From Octopus sinensis (taxonomy: Eukaryota): a stretch of 64,000 bases of DNA. The stretch spans positions 1 through 64,000 of the forward strand of contig NW_021836126.1 in NCBI RefSeq assembly GCF_006345805.1, given 5' to 3'. Positions 53,111 through 64,000 of the stretch are shown here, piece after piece; positions within the stretch are counted from its first letter, which is position 1; every line of letters starts with the position of its first letter. A program made the translations under genes and the position numbers. Under the pieces are notes generated by a model. The model was not told the DNA's origin. It made no database searches and worked only from the letters and a program-made list of their open reading frames with translations.

Positions 53111-53430
53111 TTAACTAAAAATAAGACATCCTTTGTTAAATTTTAATTCGCATCATGTGACTAATTCTTAGCAATTTGGTAAGACAGTCTAGGTGCGTTT
53201 GGATTCTAACTAGGCATCGGTAATTTGCCGATGTGTTTAAATGCCTTACTGATGTCTATTGATGCCAGGATTGTTCTTTGGGTGAAGTGTAATTGTTTAG
53301 TTCATCTGCGCTGTAATCCGTTAGAGTCGTGGCCTAATTTCTTCAATCGCCTTAATTCTTCACGTGGTATATACAGAGGCCATCGGCTTGGCGTGCGAGT
53401 ATTTAGTATTTTTGATCAGCTCATATATAT

Positions 53431-54396
53431 TGTCACAGGCCACAACTGTTACTCCGCCAGATATGTTACACTAAAAATTCATATAAATAGAAATAAAAAC
53501 TTTTAAAATTAAAAATTAATACAAAGCATAACCTAATTGTTCGCAAAAATATGCTTTTCTGAATAGAAAAAATTTGGACTGAAACATGAATTTTTTCCCA
53601 AAAACCAACATACCGTGTAAATATGAGTTTTAAATTATTTAGCAATCTATTTAATTTTGGCTTATCCATATCTTTTTTTTAAATAATTATTCTTTTTTTT
53701 TAATAAAAAAAATTTTAAAAGCCTCTTATTAGTTTAAAACGTTTTCTATCAAGGAATCACAAAAAGAAGGATCATTCCCAATTTTAATTAAGCGTGAAAC
53801 ATGTATTTTCTCATACATGTCACCTGTCTCACTTTGTATTGTTACTACAAAATCGTCTTTTGCCACAATTGTGTATTTCACCATCTCTAATCCATCATAA
53901 AGTGGATATTGTCGTTTGTTAGCGTCATTATCTTGCCTAAATTACATGTTTATACATCCCAAATACCTTAAGATTACTATCTCTCCTACACTAAAAGTCT
54001 CGACCAAAATGATTCAAATTATGTTCAGCCAATTGAAATAAACATTTATTATGCAAACTTCAATATATTTATCTTTAAGTTCAGCTTCATCGCTGCAGAA
54101 AAATCTTAATTTAAGTCCATCTTTAGTGATATATGGAGCTCCATCCAAAAAATCAAATTTATTTGCTAATTTCAGTAGTTCCTTAAGTAATTCTAAGTCT
54201 TCCTTTGTTACTTGCACTAAACGCATTTTTAACGTGTATTTGTAATTTAAAAAAACATCAATATTTTTAAAAATTTATAAGTTTTCTTTGATTTCATAGA
54301 AATATACCAAAGGATTCATGTTTTAAGTTTTTTCCAACTTGACAATTTGATGTTGGTGTAACACATCTGGCGGAGTAACAGTTGTGGCCGGTGACA
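53431..54396 (-). mobile_element. Internally deleted Ginger-like element with TIRs and 5-bp TSD
   Basis: TIR tgtcacaggccacaactgttactccgccagat.. / ..atctggcggagtaacagttgtggccggtgaca; TSD tatat; C-terminal QDNDANK similar to the element at 1-1170. Confidence 0.8.
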
Positions 54397-54403
54397 TATA
54401 TTA

Positions 54404-54636
54404 TGTCATGGTCGGCTCATATGGGTGGGCGACACGTATGGCTCTACCCATTTATTTTTTAATTTTGATCGGCAAATATAGTATTAAATATTAATACAAT
54501 ATTAATTCTAAAATATTATGGCAAACCATCAAGTTTTATCATATTTTTTCAATCCTTTTCCTTTTTGTTATTTAAGTGCTATTGTGATTTTTAAATAGAA
54601 TTTACTATTATCCATAAATATGATCAACCGCTGACA
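54404..54636. mobile_element. Putative TGTCA..TGACA MITE
   Basis: Imperfect ~19-bp TIR; flanks tatta/tagta. Confidence 0.4.
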
Positions 54637-55679
54637 TAGTATAGTATGGAGTTATCGGTGGCTAACGGCCATATTTCAGAAGTACAAGACTCTTTGAGAA
54701 TTGTGCGTTTCCTGCTAGCTGATACGAGTCTTGTAGTGGAAATGAGGAGACACTATTCGGATAAATTTTCCACCAGGATTAATACTCCTTAAGACTCTCT
54801 TTCGGCAGTTCTCCTTGCAATCTATTTGAAAGCCGCGTTAAAGGACGTTAGAAAAGAATTGCATCACTTAAATAGTCATTTTGGGCTGACGACATCAATT
54901 TTGTATCTTAGTATGTGGAAATTCTGGCATTTTTCCTATGGCTCAACAAACTTGTTTTTTGGAAACAAAATCATCTTTTTAGTGGCAGGTTTACAGAAAA
55001 GGATCCTTGTTGAACAATTTCTTTTTGCCCTTAAAATTGACGAGCTGAAATAATACAAATTAATGACATTAAATGTTATTTATTTTATTTTTTAAATGTT
55101 TTTAATTTATCGAATTAACTACAATAAATTATTACGCACGTTATATTATTTTCTTTTGTTATGCATGTATGCAGTTAATTCTTATTTTATTTTTTCGTGC
55201 TTTTATGTTTTAATTTTATAATTTTTTGTTTTTTTATTTGTTTGACTATTAATTAAATTGATTACTGGTAAAATATCTTGCATAAAGTATATTTTTCAAG
55301 TGAATTTGTATTCATTTTATCAATTAATTAATATACATTCATACAGACTTTTTTAAATTTATTTCTTTCTAGTATTTTATTGTTTATTTTGATTTTTTTA
55401 TTATTTCGATTCTTTCTACTATTCTGATTTTTAATACACTCAACCGTTTCAAATTGGGCATTTTGGTTACTTCAATTTTGTTGGCCAATTAGATTTAAAA
55501 ATCGATAATCGTATAACCAAAATTTTTTTTATTCGAGGAAAATGTAAATTTTTAATTTCTCCATTATCACTATTTAGTTTCATGACCTCATAATAGTCGC
55601 CATTTATTGAGATGATTTTGTATAAAGATGTGTCGATATCGTCATACAAAGGTATATGACGGTGGGCCGGATTGCCATT

Positions 55680-56150
55680 ATTTGTCTTTCTTCCGGGTCT
55701 CTGCCCTCCTCGCCGCTGTGGCAGCTTCGATCGCGGACGCGAGAAGGCATGTTGACGCAAAAGTGTCAGAGCATGTCGCGTCCCAGACGATCGCTTTGCC
55801 GCACTTGAACGGGAAGAGCGAGACGCCGTTCGGCCTCATGCCATCGCCCCTGTTAAGGCCAAAGGGCTCCAGCTGGCACGGGATGCCGGTTGCCTCGAGC
55901 AGACGCTTTATTATGGAATTAAGCTGTCCGTGCCTGGGGAACCTCCCAGGGCATTTGCGGCAGGAGAGCGGGTGTAGACCTTTGCGGCCCCGTGCCTGAT
56001 AGGCAGGATACCCTGTTTCCAGCCCATTTCGTCAAAATGTACGTTTGAGATTTGAACGAGAGTATTCCTGAGCAGCGAATCGAATTCTCCGACTGCATCC
56101 GGGAATCGGAAACAGGGAGAAGTGCGTACTCCAAACGAGGAAAGGCATTT
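55680..56150 (-). mobile_element. CRE-like fragment, near-identical to 7830-8500 with a ~430-bp internal deletion
   Basis: Shared sequence joined at tttgcgg|ccccgtgcctg; abuts a Ginger-like C-terminal remnant at 55467-55680. Confidence 0.85.
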
Positions 56151-56471
56151 CTTAATTGTTTTAAGTCTTGAGATGTGTACATTTTCTACAATCTCACCAT
56201 TTTCCCCCTTTAAAAATACTGATCGTTTTTCACACTGATGATCTTGTGTTTGCTGGAATCAATTCCGTCGTATAACGGATATCTTGGCCGATTGGTGTCA
56301 TTATCTGTACGTAGAAGTACAAGATCGCCTTCTGATGGCCTATCTTCATCGTTTTTCCATTTTCTTTTTTTATTCATTTTTATACCGCAAGAGACAATGT
56401 TTTTGAAAGCTTCCTTTCTCTTTTTCTCAAGTTCGTCATCACTGTCATTTCCAAATCCTCTTTTTCTGTAT

Positions 56472-57280
56472 CATCACTAGGGCAACCAGAAATATGACCT
56501 TAAAAAAGTTAAATATGACCGTAAAAAATATGACTTTAAAATTCTAAAATATAACTTAAAAATATTAAATTTCTGTTTATTGATTTCCGTTTCATCAACA
56601 AGTATGAATATATCTTTTCCAGAAATAATTGTTTTAAGCATTTCAATCAATTGATATTGCAAATCTGGAACTATATTTCTGCACCAACTTTCGCTGGGAA
56701 CAGTAAATCCGAGATTATTAAAAAAGTTAATAAAGTGTTCATTTCTTATTTTATAAAGAGGTATATTCCCCTTCGTCATCATTTCGACTAAGCAAATTCC
56801 TAAATTTTTCTTTGCTTCAAGTTTCAGAAGAGTTGCGTTTGAAATTTTGTCTGTTCCTTTTTATGCCGGGTAGTTTCCCTGTTCTGCACTACATTAAACG
56901 TTTTCGTAAAATTAACAAAAACTGAGCATTTCAAATAAAATAAACGTCCAGCTGAATCAATCTGAAATTCAGACGGGTATCGTTTAATTATTTTATTTAA
57001 CTTTTGATTGTTAGATTGCTTTTGTTTCGGCATGTAAAAATCTATAATATTTAAGCGGCCAACTACCAAAACGTGTGAAAACGTGTTATTGTCAAAATTT
57101 AAACAAAGATTAATAAAAATATATGATTTAATAAATATAAATATGACCTAACGGCATAAAATATGACCTATAAGACCTAAAAAAATTAATAAAACTATTA
57201 CAAAATATAATAATAGTTTATTAATTATAGAAATAACATCAATATGACCAATAAAAAATAATATGACTTATATGCCCCAT
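56472..57280 (-). mobile_element. Second CGGBP-type hAT element, internally deleted
   Basis: catcactagggc end, aaatatgacc subterminal repeats at both ends, NIPLYKI, ILVDETE. Confidence 0.75.
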
Positions 57281-57284
57281 AAGC

Positions 57285-57698
57285 TCTTTTCGATGTGTTT
57301 CACTAACTGAATTGCAATTCTTGATTCCCATAAACAGAAAGAAAGGTATCTGCCTTGTCGTCGAGTGAATAGTGTAATTATAATCCTCGACAATATCTTT
57401 GATAATATTGACATAACGTCCAAAACAATTTTTTGATTCACTGGTGGAGGAAATCCAACCTTTTACACTCTTATTAAATCTAAAATTAATTAATGCAGAA
57501 AACACCTTTCTATTTGTCCCTGTACCCAAGGGGCCCGTCATTGGACTTGAATTTGTCCTCTTCATTGGACTTGAATTCTTAATAAAAATTTATACATAAA
57601 TAAACGACTTTTTCCTTAAAATTATTTTGTTTCTTATTTTTGTGTAATATTTGCTACAAGGTAACAAAATGGGCGGATTTCAGAATGAGACTGTGACA
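57285..57698 (-). mobile_element. Ginger-like element 5' end with TIR
   Basis: RFNKSVKGWI, YNYTIHSTTRQIPF; TIR 57659-57698. Confidence 0.75.
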
Positions 57699-57814
57699 TA
57701 TTCTATTATTTGGGGCAGTAATTTAGAAAAGCATTCTTGTAAATCATCAAAGGACTATTTCGTCTTGTTTTAATTCTATTTTTATTTATTTAAAGACCAA
57801 ACACGGATAAGCCA

Positions 57815-58190
57815 GTTAATTATTATAATCCCCGTGATCCCCGATTCAAGCGAGGGAGATCCTACTGAAAGGTTCGATCCTGCCCACATGAACGGCCTGA
57901 GACGACGATGTCCCAGGGTCAGAGTTCTAGAAGTCCTTTTTCGGTGGGCATTAAGTGCCTCCTGAGCGTTGCCATATCCGATTGGAAGTTCCAACTGACA
58001 TGGTGGACCCCATAACGCCACGCTAAGACCGGAAGGAAGGTAAGAGATCCCCATTTCCAACTGTATCGTGCCAGAAGTACTCGTTGCCTCACGGGCAGGG
58101 GAACGATAATGGGAATTGACCCCCGGATGAAAACTAGCCTCCTTCGGAATCGAACTCACGACTGTCCAGATCCATTATCCATAGCTTAGT
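57815..58190 (-). mobile_element. Putative tRNA-derived SINE
   Basis: Minus-strand B-box gtgagttcgattcc preceded by A-box-like tggataatgg; GC-rich body; ataataat tail. Confidence 0.4.
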
Positions 58191-58238
58191 CTTCATCCAA
58201 GGGGGCGGATTCATGTTAAGAAAATATGGACAATACTA

Positions 58239-59915
58239 TACCTTTCCAAGTTCAATATGGGATTTCCAAGTTCAAAGTGGGATTTTCCAAATTCAATATG
58301 GGATTTCCAAGTTAATTTTGAAATATTTGAAAAAAATGATGACTCATTTATATCAAACGAAAAAATTAAAATGTTACGTCCTTGTAATTTAATAAAGAAG
58401 GCAATAGTCCTTGGATTCTGGCTATTAACTTAGCACAAATCTTTGGAGTAACTTCGTCCATAGATTGTTTAATTATCATATCTATTTTCATTTATACCAG
58501 AAAAAAAGAGAATAAAATAGTTATTAACTTACTAAATTCCCGGCCTCGTAAATGGAAACACAGTTTCCACGTACTATAGCCAAGGAAATCCTTTCGAGAA
58601 GCCACTTGGACTCGCGTGGGTCTCCCCGTTTATGGGAAATCATGCGGCCAAGCTTTTTCAAAAAGGAATGACGACGGAAGTCTCGACGGCGATAGGAGTG
58701 AACAGATATCGTTCAGAGAGCTCCTTGTACTTTCCGATCTTCATCTTCTCGGTTTTGCGAGAGACTGAGCCACCTCGACAGCTGAAGAAGGAAGATTAAG
58801 CTCCGAGAAAGTGTCTGAACACGTCGCATCCCATATCAGAGAGTTGCCGAACTCAAACGGGAAAGTCGATAGATAGTCGATTGTTTAATTAAATCCTCCA
58901 ATCTCTGTTTCCGAAATTCTGTTTTTGACAAGTCAGGTTCATTTCCAAGATATTCCCAAGATTTTCAGCCATTTTTCTTTTTACAAAAGCTTTCATTTTA
59001 GACCATATTTGTTCGATTGGATTTAACATTGGACTGTAAGGCAAGTCGAAGTATTTTGTTTTCTGTGAATTCATTTTCTTCAAGTATTTTTTCAATGTCT
59101 GTATGACATGGAGCATTGTCAATTATTAAAACTACTGGACTTAGATAAACTTCATATGCTTTTTTAAAGCATGCTTTAATCGCAGTTTGTTTATTAAAGG
59201 ATCCTCTTCGTATTTCAAAGTGTATTACCCCTTTTGTACCGATGCAACCGATAACATGAATGTTAGCTCTTTTAGATGAAGCTGCACGTGTATTACATCG
59301 CTGCCACTTTTTCGACCTCCCTTGTTTTCTTGATATGTGTAAATTAAAGTTGGATTCGTCCATAAAAAGAATCGGAATTTCCAAGCAGCTTTTCACAAAA
59401 TCTTTTGCGCTTCTCTTTGTTCTGCATTGAGTTGCTTTTTTCAGGTTCGAATCTTATGTTTTTATGGTATACATAAGCGAATCAAGATGGAGGCGAACGC
59501 ACTCACCTGACACTTTTATTCCGTACTTATCTTGGATCTCTGCAGCCAATTGTTTGCAAGTAATTTTCGGATTTGACTCGACCATTTCTTGCATATAATC
59601 TCGTACGGTATTTGAAATTTTTGAATATCGAAAACCACCTCTTAAATCATCCTTAAAGCCTTCTTTTATCCACCTGTATGCAATTGTTTTTTTTATTCCG
59701 AGAGAACATGCAACTTGATTCCAATCCCCATCATTTTCGTAAACGGTCAACAAATTTTTTCTTTTTTCAGCTAATTCTTTCTTTTTATTAACGTACATTT
59801 TGTAATGTAAGGCGACTTTAAATTAATAAATGAATTCAATAATCGACTTGAAAATCCTTGAACTTGAAAATCCCATATTGAATTTGGAAATTTCCATATT
59901 GAAATTGGAAAGGTA
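58239..59915 (-). mobile_element. IS630/Tc1-like transposon with TA TSD
   Basis: TIR tacctttccaa..ttcaatatggga repeats; DESNFN, IDNAPCH, LPYSPMLNPIEQIWS; empty-site copy at ~60070-60145. Confidence 0.9.
58518..58870 (-). mobile_element. CRE-like 3' fragment nested in the IS630/Tc1 element
   Basis: Reverse complement of ~51483-51850. Confidence 0.85.
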
Positions 59916-60145
59916 TAGTTTTGTGAGTTTATATTTAATTTGGTGCTTTAATTGAGCAATTCTTTTACTTTTTCTTAATTTCAGCTCTTTTAAAGAATTA
60001 TTTTTAAAATGCAGAGAATTCATTCTTTAAAAATTATTTTTAATCCAAAACCAGAATTTTTATGATGGGTTCATGTCAAGAAAATATGGTCAATACTAGT
60101 TTTGTGAGTTCATATTTAATTTGGTGCTTTAATTGAGCAATTCTC

Positions 60146-61320
60146 CGGGGTGAAGGAGCAATATTTGTCAAAGTTAAATACGGAGGTACCTGTCGATTGA
60201 TTGCTCTGAGGATGGACCAGTGGCGGGGAAGAATCAACAAGTTTGTTATTCTTGAGCATCTTAATAGCATGAGATGAGATGTAATCACTAATTATTTTTT
60301 CCCAGTTTTCTATTTGTTCGTTAAGAGTATTTTTGAGAGATATTGATCGGCCAGAGTAGTGATAATATGTCTTTTGTTTTCTGAAATAGAGATCTTGTAA
60401 TTCGTGGAGGAATTGTAGTCCTCTCGTCCCTAAATAGTCTTCGACCGGAACGATGCAAGATTCCCAATAAAGGAATTTCTTCACCGGCCACACAGAGGGC
60501 TGGGTTTATGTTGAATTGTCGTTTGTCAGAGGTAAAAACAGCGATAGACGATTTGGACGCCAAAGAAGTCATATGAACTAAAGAAGTCTAGCTGAGTTAG
60601 GAGTGAACTAATCGCTCTGTTAATGATATTGTGTATGAAAGCAATCACAATATCGTCAGCAAAGGAGAGGAGTAGTGTTTCTGGATTAGTTAACATATCA
60701 CTGAGGTGTAGGTTGAAGAGGGCTAGAGAAAGACAGGAGCTTTGAGGTACCCCATTAAGTACCGAGCCAGTCTACCAGATAAGAAGCTACACAGCCAGAT
60801 TTTCAGAGTTGATTTTTGAGCTTAGAACATATCAAAGTCCGGTCAAATGCTTTGGCATATCAACTGATGCCAGGATTGTTCGTTGAGGAAGAAATTAGTT
60901 CTTAAATACGTCTGCAATGAATCTTGTTATTGTGATAGGTGTGTTGTTATTAAGTGCTGTGGTCGGAAACCTTGTTGTGCATTTGATAGAGTAAGGAAAG
61001 GGTATATTGATTTCAAGACAAATTTTTAAAAGATTTTTAATAGGACAGATAACGGCCTGAACGAGGCGGGGTCACAAAGGTCCCTGTTTGGTTTCAAAAT
61101 TGGAATGATAATAATTTTTTTCAGACCATAGGTATTAGACCGAGTTTAGCAATGTTTTGAAAATATCCGTCACTGCATTACCCGTTTTGGCCAAGATTGC
61201 GATTTTCCAAATGCGACGTTAATCGAGATAATGATTGTCGATATGACAGTCGAATAAAGTCAGTAGAGTTGGTTTGCATGGACAGAGCTCGTCTGTTGGG
61301 ACAATGCAATGTCGATGTGT
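60146..61320 (-). mobile_element. LINE reverse transcriptase remnant
   Basis: ILASVDM, GVPQSSCLSLALFNL, FADDI, YLG. Confidence 0.7.
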
Positions 61321-61426
61321 TAGTAATTAACTTCGAATGATTTTCAAGAGATTCCATTAATAAATTTATATAAAATTAAAAATGGCTGATTAGAGTAATA
61401 AATAAAATAAGTGCAGTTGCGTGACA

Positions 61427-62201
61427 ATGTCAGGTTGTATTCTGGGGTTTTGCACGGACAACTTTACTGTGGTTGCAGCTGATACTAAAGTGGACGCCCG
61501 AGTTCTGTTTATTAAATATGGCAAGTCCTCTCCTCACAACCACTCCAGATAATCTAAAAATAATGAAACTGAGTGACCACGTCGTTTTGGCTGCAAATGG
61601 ACAGCCTGGGGACGTCCGTTACTTTTGTGACTACATCGCCAAGAACATTCTTTTCAAGAAAATGCACACTGGTCATCCCTAATATTACTGTCCAGGCACT
61701 GAGATGAGTGTCCACTCCACTGCCAACTTTATCAGAAGAGAGATCGCGGAGACACTACGCACACGGGTATTCACATAGCACTTTCTGGAACATTCCAGAA
61801 CATTCTAGAATATTCCATGACAGCCCACTCTGATTTGTAAATTGTAGAGACCTTACGAAGTGAATATGATCGTGGGGGGGTTCACAGATGGTGGGGAGTG
61901 TTACAGTATTGACATGTACGGGGCAATGGTGAGAGTGCCCTTTGCTGTGAATGGATATGGCAGTTTCTTCACCTTCCCAGTGCTCGACCAGAATCTGCGT
62001 GGTGGTAGTGATTACTGTCATTGCCCAGACATGAGTCGAGAAGAGGCAGTCGAGCTCGTCCAGAAGTGTGTTGACTGTGTTGGTTATACTCCACATTTGT
62101 AGATACAAAAACGATTCATTGTCGATTTGGGGTCATTCTACATGCAGATAATCGACAAGGAGGGGATATCCACCACTCAGTTGGTCACAGCCACTCCCTA
62201 A
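61427..62201 (+). CDS. PSMB2: 20S proteasome subunit beta type-2 (beta4), 5 introns
   Basis: ILGF..FTVVAAD, GQPGD..FCDYIAKNI, ANFIRREIAETLR, PYEVNMIVGG, GYGSFF, IQKRFIVDL..IIDKEGI. Confidence 0.93.
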
Positions 62202-63347
62202 TCTGTCCTTACTATTATGGCTTATTACTTTTTTTATTTAACCCAAGAATCACCAACAGTTAATTAGAGTAATTAATTAGGTGATTCCAACAATCCTCTC
62301 AAAAAGTTCAGACCTGCCAACCATTGCACAAAGTCAACCTGAATTGAGTAAACTAATGAAATTCTACGCAGGAATCAGCCACAAGAATCATCTAAAGATA
62401 AACTCATATTATGTAAACAATAAACCAAAGAAATCAAGCACACCTACCTATATATCCTCTGCTGAAATTGCGAATTACCTGGTAAGATTGCTATAAATAT
62501 TCTCTGGTACAGCCGGCTGGTTTCCCGGTGGTCAAAGGTTTTCTTTCCGACCAGTTTCCCAATTATAGACAGAATCCTCTTCCTGGCCGGCCCAATCACA
62601 CCATTGGGACAAAGTTGTACGCGTCAGGAAGGGGTGCGTACTTCCTCCGTTTGGTTTCCTCGGCCCGGTGAGAAGCGAAGCCAGGAAACGACGCAGACTG
62701 AATAACCTTGGAGCAAATGTGTCCGCACAGGTAACACCGTCAAGGTCAATTATGATAATATCTTTAATTTTGATTTGTGGTTAATAAAGATATGTGAAAT
62801 TTAATTTAAAAGTGAAAATCCTAGAAAATTGATTTTTTATCACGAATAATTAAGAGCACCTCATTGCTCATATTCTCGCTGTCGTTTTTATTAACATATT
62901 GAAAATAATTCTTTAATTTTTTGTTTAAAGGTTTTAATTGACCTCATCATCAGAGTCGAGAACATTCACGTTGTTCATTTTAACCAAAATGCAAAAAATA
63001 ATTTTTTGTGGAAAAGGTTTTAAGCATCTCATCTGTGAATCGAGGACATCTTTGTTGTTGATTTTAACTAAAATGCCGAAAATAATTTTTTGTCGGAAAA
63101 GTTCTAAGGACCTCATCATCGAGAATATTCTTAATACGTCGGATTTTTAAGATTCTTGAAGGACCCCATCATTTTGAACTGTTTCCCCATTATTGACTAA
63201 TTATAAGGGCAAAGGATTTTGCCAATATAGGCATAGAACGCGACATATTTGTATCTCACAATATTTTAATTATTTATAATTTAAATAGTATTTTTTTACT
63301 TAAAAAATTAATCGAGTCACATTCAATTAATTTTTCTGTTGAAAATC

Positions 63348-63783
63348 ATGTTATTCCATACAAATTGGAAAGGAATTACTTTATTTTTTCAAAGGTTCAC
63401 TCTGCAATCACAAAAACGTATTATTCCTGCATTTAATTTGAAGACCTATGGCTCGCAATTTTCGCAACGGTGTTTCTAACAATGTTATCAGAGTTACTGC
63501 TTGTTTAGAAAAAATTGTGACATGTAAATACGGCAGAATCTGTAAAATAAATTATCGCTATGTGCAAACACTGAAATCCTTGTCTCATTTGGGCAAATCC
63601 GCAATTCTCACAATTCGACTCGGAATAAATTACATTTTAATGTTAATATTCATGTCTCTCAACTATTATCTGTGCTCGGCCGTTTTGGTTGGATTTTTTC
63701 TAAGTCAGATCTTCATTTCTCCCATTCAAATATCAGTCCAGAACTATCATGCTCTCAGCGACGAAAATGATTTGTGCTGCTAA
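63348..63783 (+). CDS. Ctr/SLC31 copper transporter (one apparent frameshift)
   Basis: MLFH..ITLFF, TM1 AIFATVFLTMLSE, INYILMLIFMSLNYYLCSAVLVG (MxxxM), C-terminal CC. Confidence 0.75.
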
Positions 63784-64000
63784 TTACTTTTTTTCTTATT
63801 CCCAATTTTCAATAAATTTAATCAAATCTTTACTACGGTCAGTCTAATCATTGAAAAAATGGTTTTCAGATGTTTGTTAAAAACACTGAGTAAAGTAATC
63901 TAAAGGACTTTTGCCGAATACATTAATTAGTGGTATACAGTGGTCGTCAAAAAAAATTGCTCACCAATGTTTATGTCTTTATATAGCATTATTCTGATTT

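Overview
Compact, AT-rich animal genomic DNA with uniformly tiny spliceosomal introns (mostly 21-29 nt; GT-AG plus a few GC-AG). Together with metazoan genes such as a POU homeobox gene, this suggests a dicyemid mesozoan or a similarly reduced parasite (inference). Apparently functional genes: cyclin E-like, RPS5, two divergent tandem 14-3-3 paralogs, HMG-CoA reductase, GET1/WRB-like, PDRG1, a divergent POU gene, NDUFS1, a cathepsin L-like protease, proteasome beta-2 and a Ctr copper transporter. They are interspersed with decayed transposons (Ginger-like, hAT, Merlin, Tc1/IS630, Tigger; CRE, R4-like, RTE and other LINEs; a putative tRNA-SINE), 5S rRNA pseudogenes and intron-retaining fragments of host genes. 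Main observations: (1) a 7.3-kb patchwork of five unrelated host-gene fragments starting just inside a 40-bp Ginger-type TIR, whose partner TIR with a near-matching 5-bp flank lies 46.6 kb away; (2) twin 28-nt introns inside an HMGCR coding minisatellite; (3) operon-like 70-130 bp gene spacing; (4) micro-introns inside transposases; (5) alternating G-rich and C-rich blocks along gene bodies. All homology calls are from motif recognition, with no database search.
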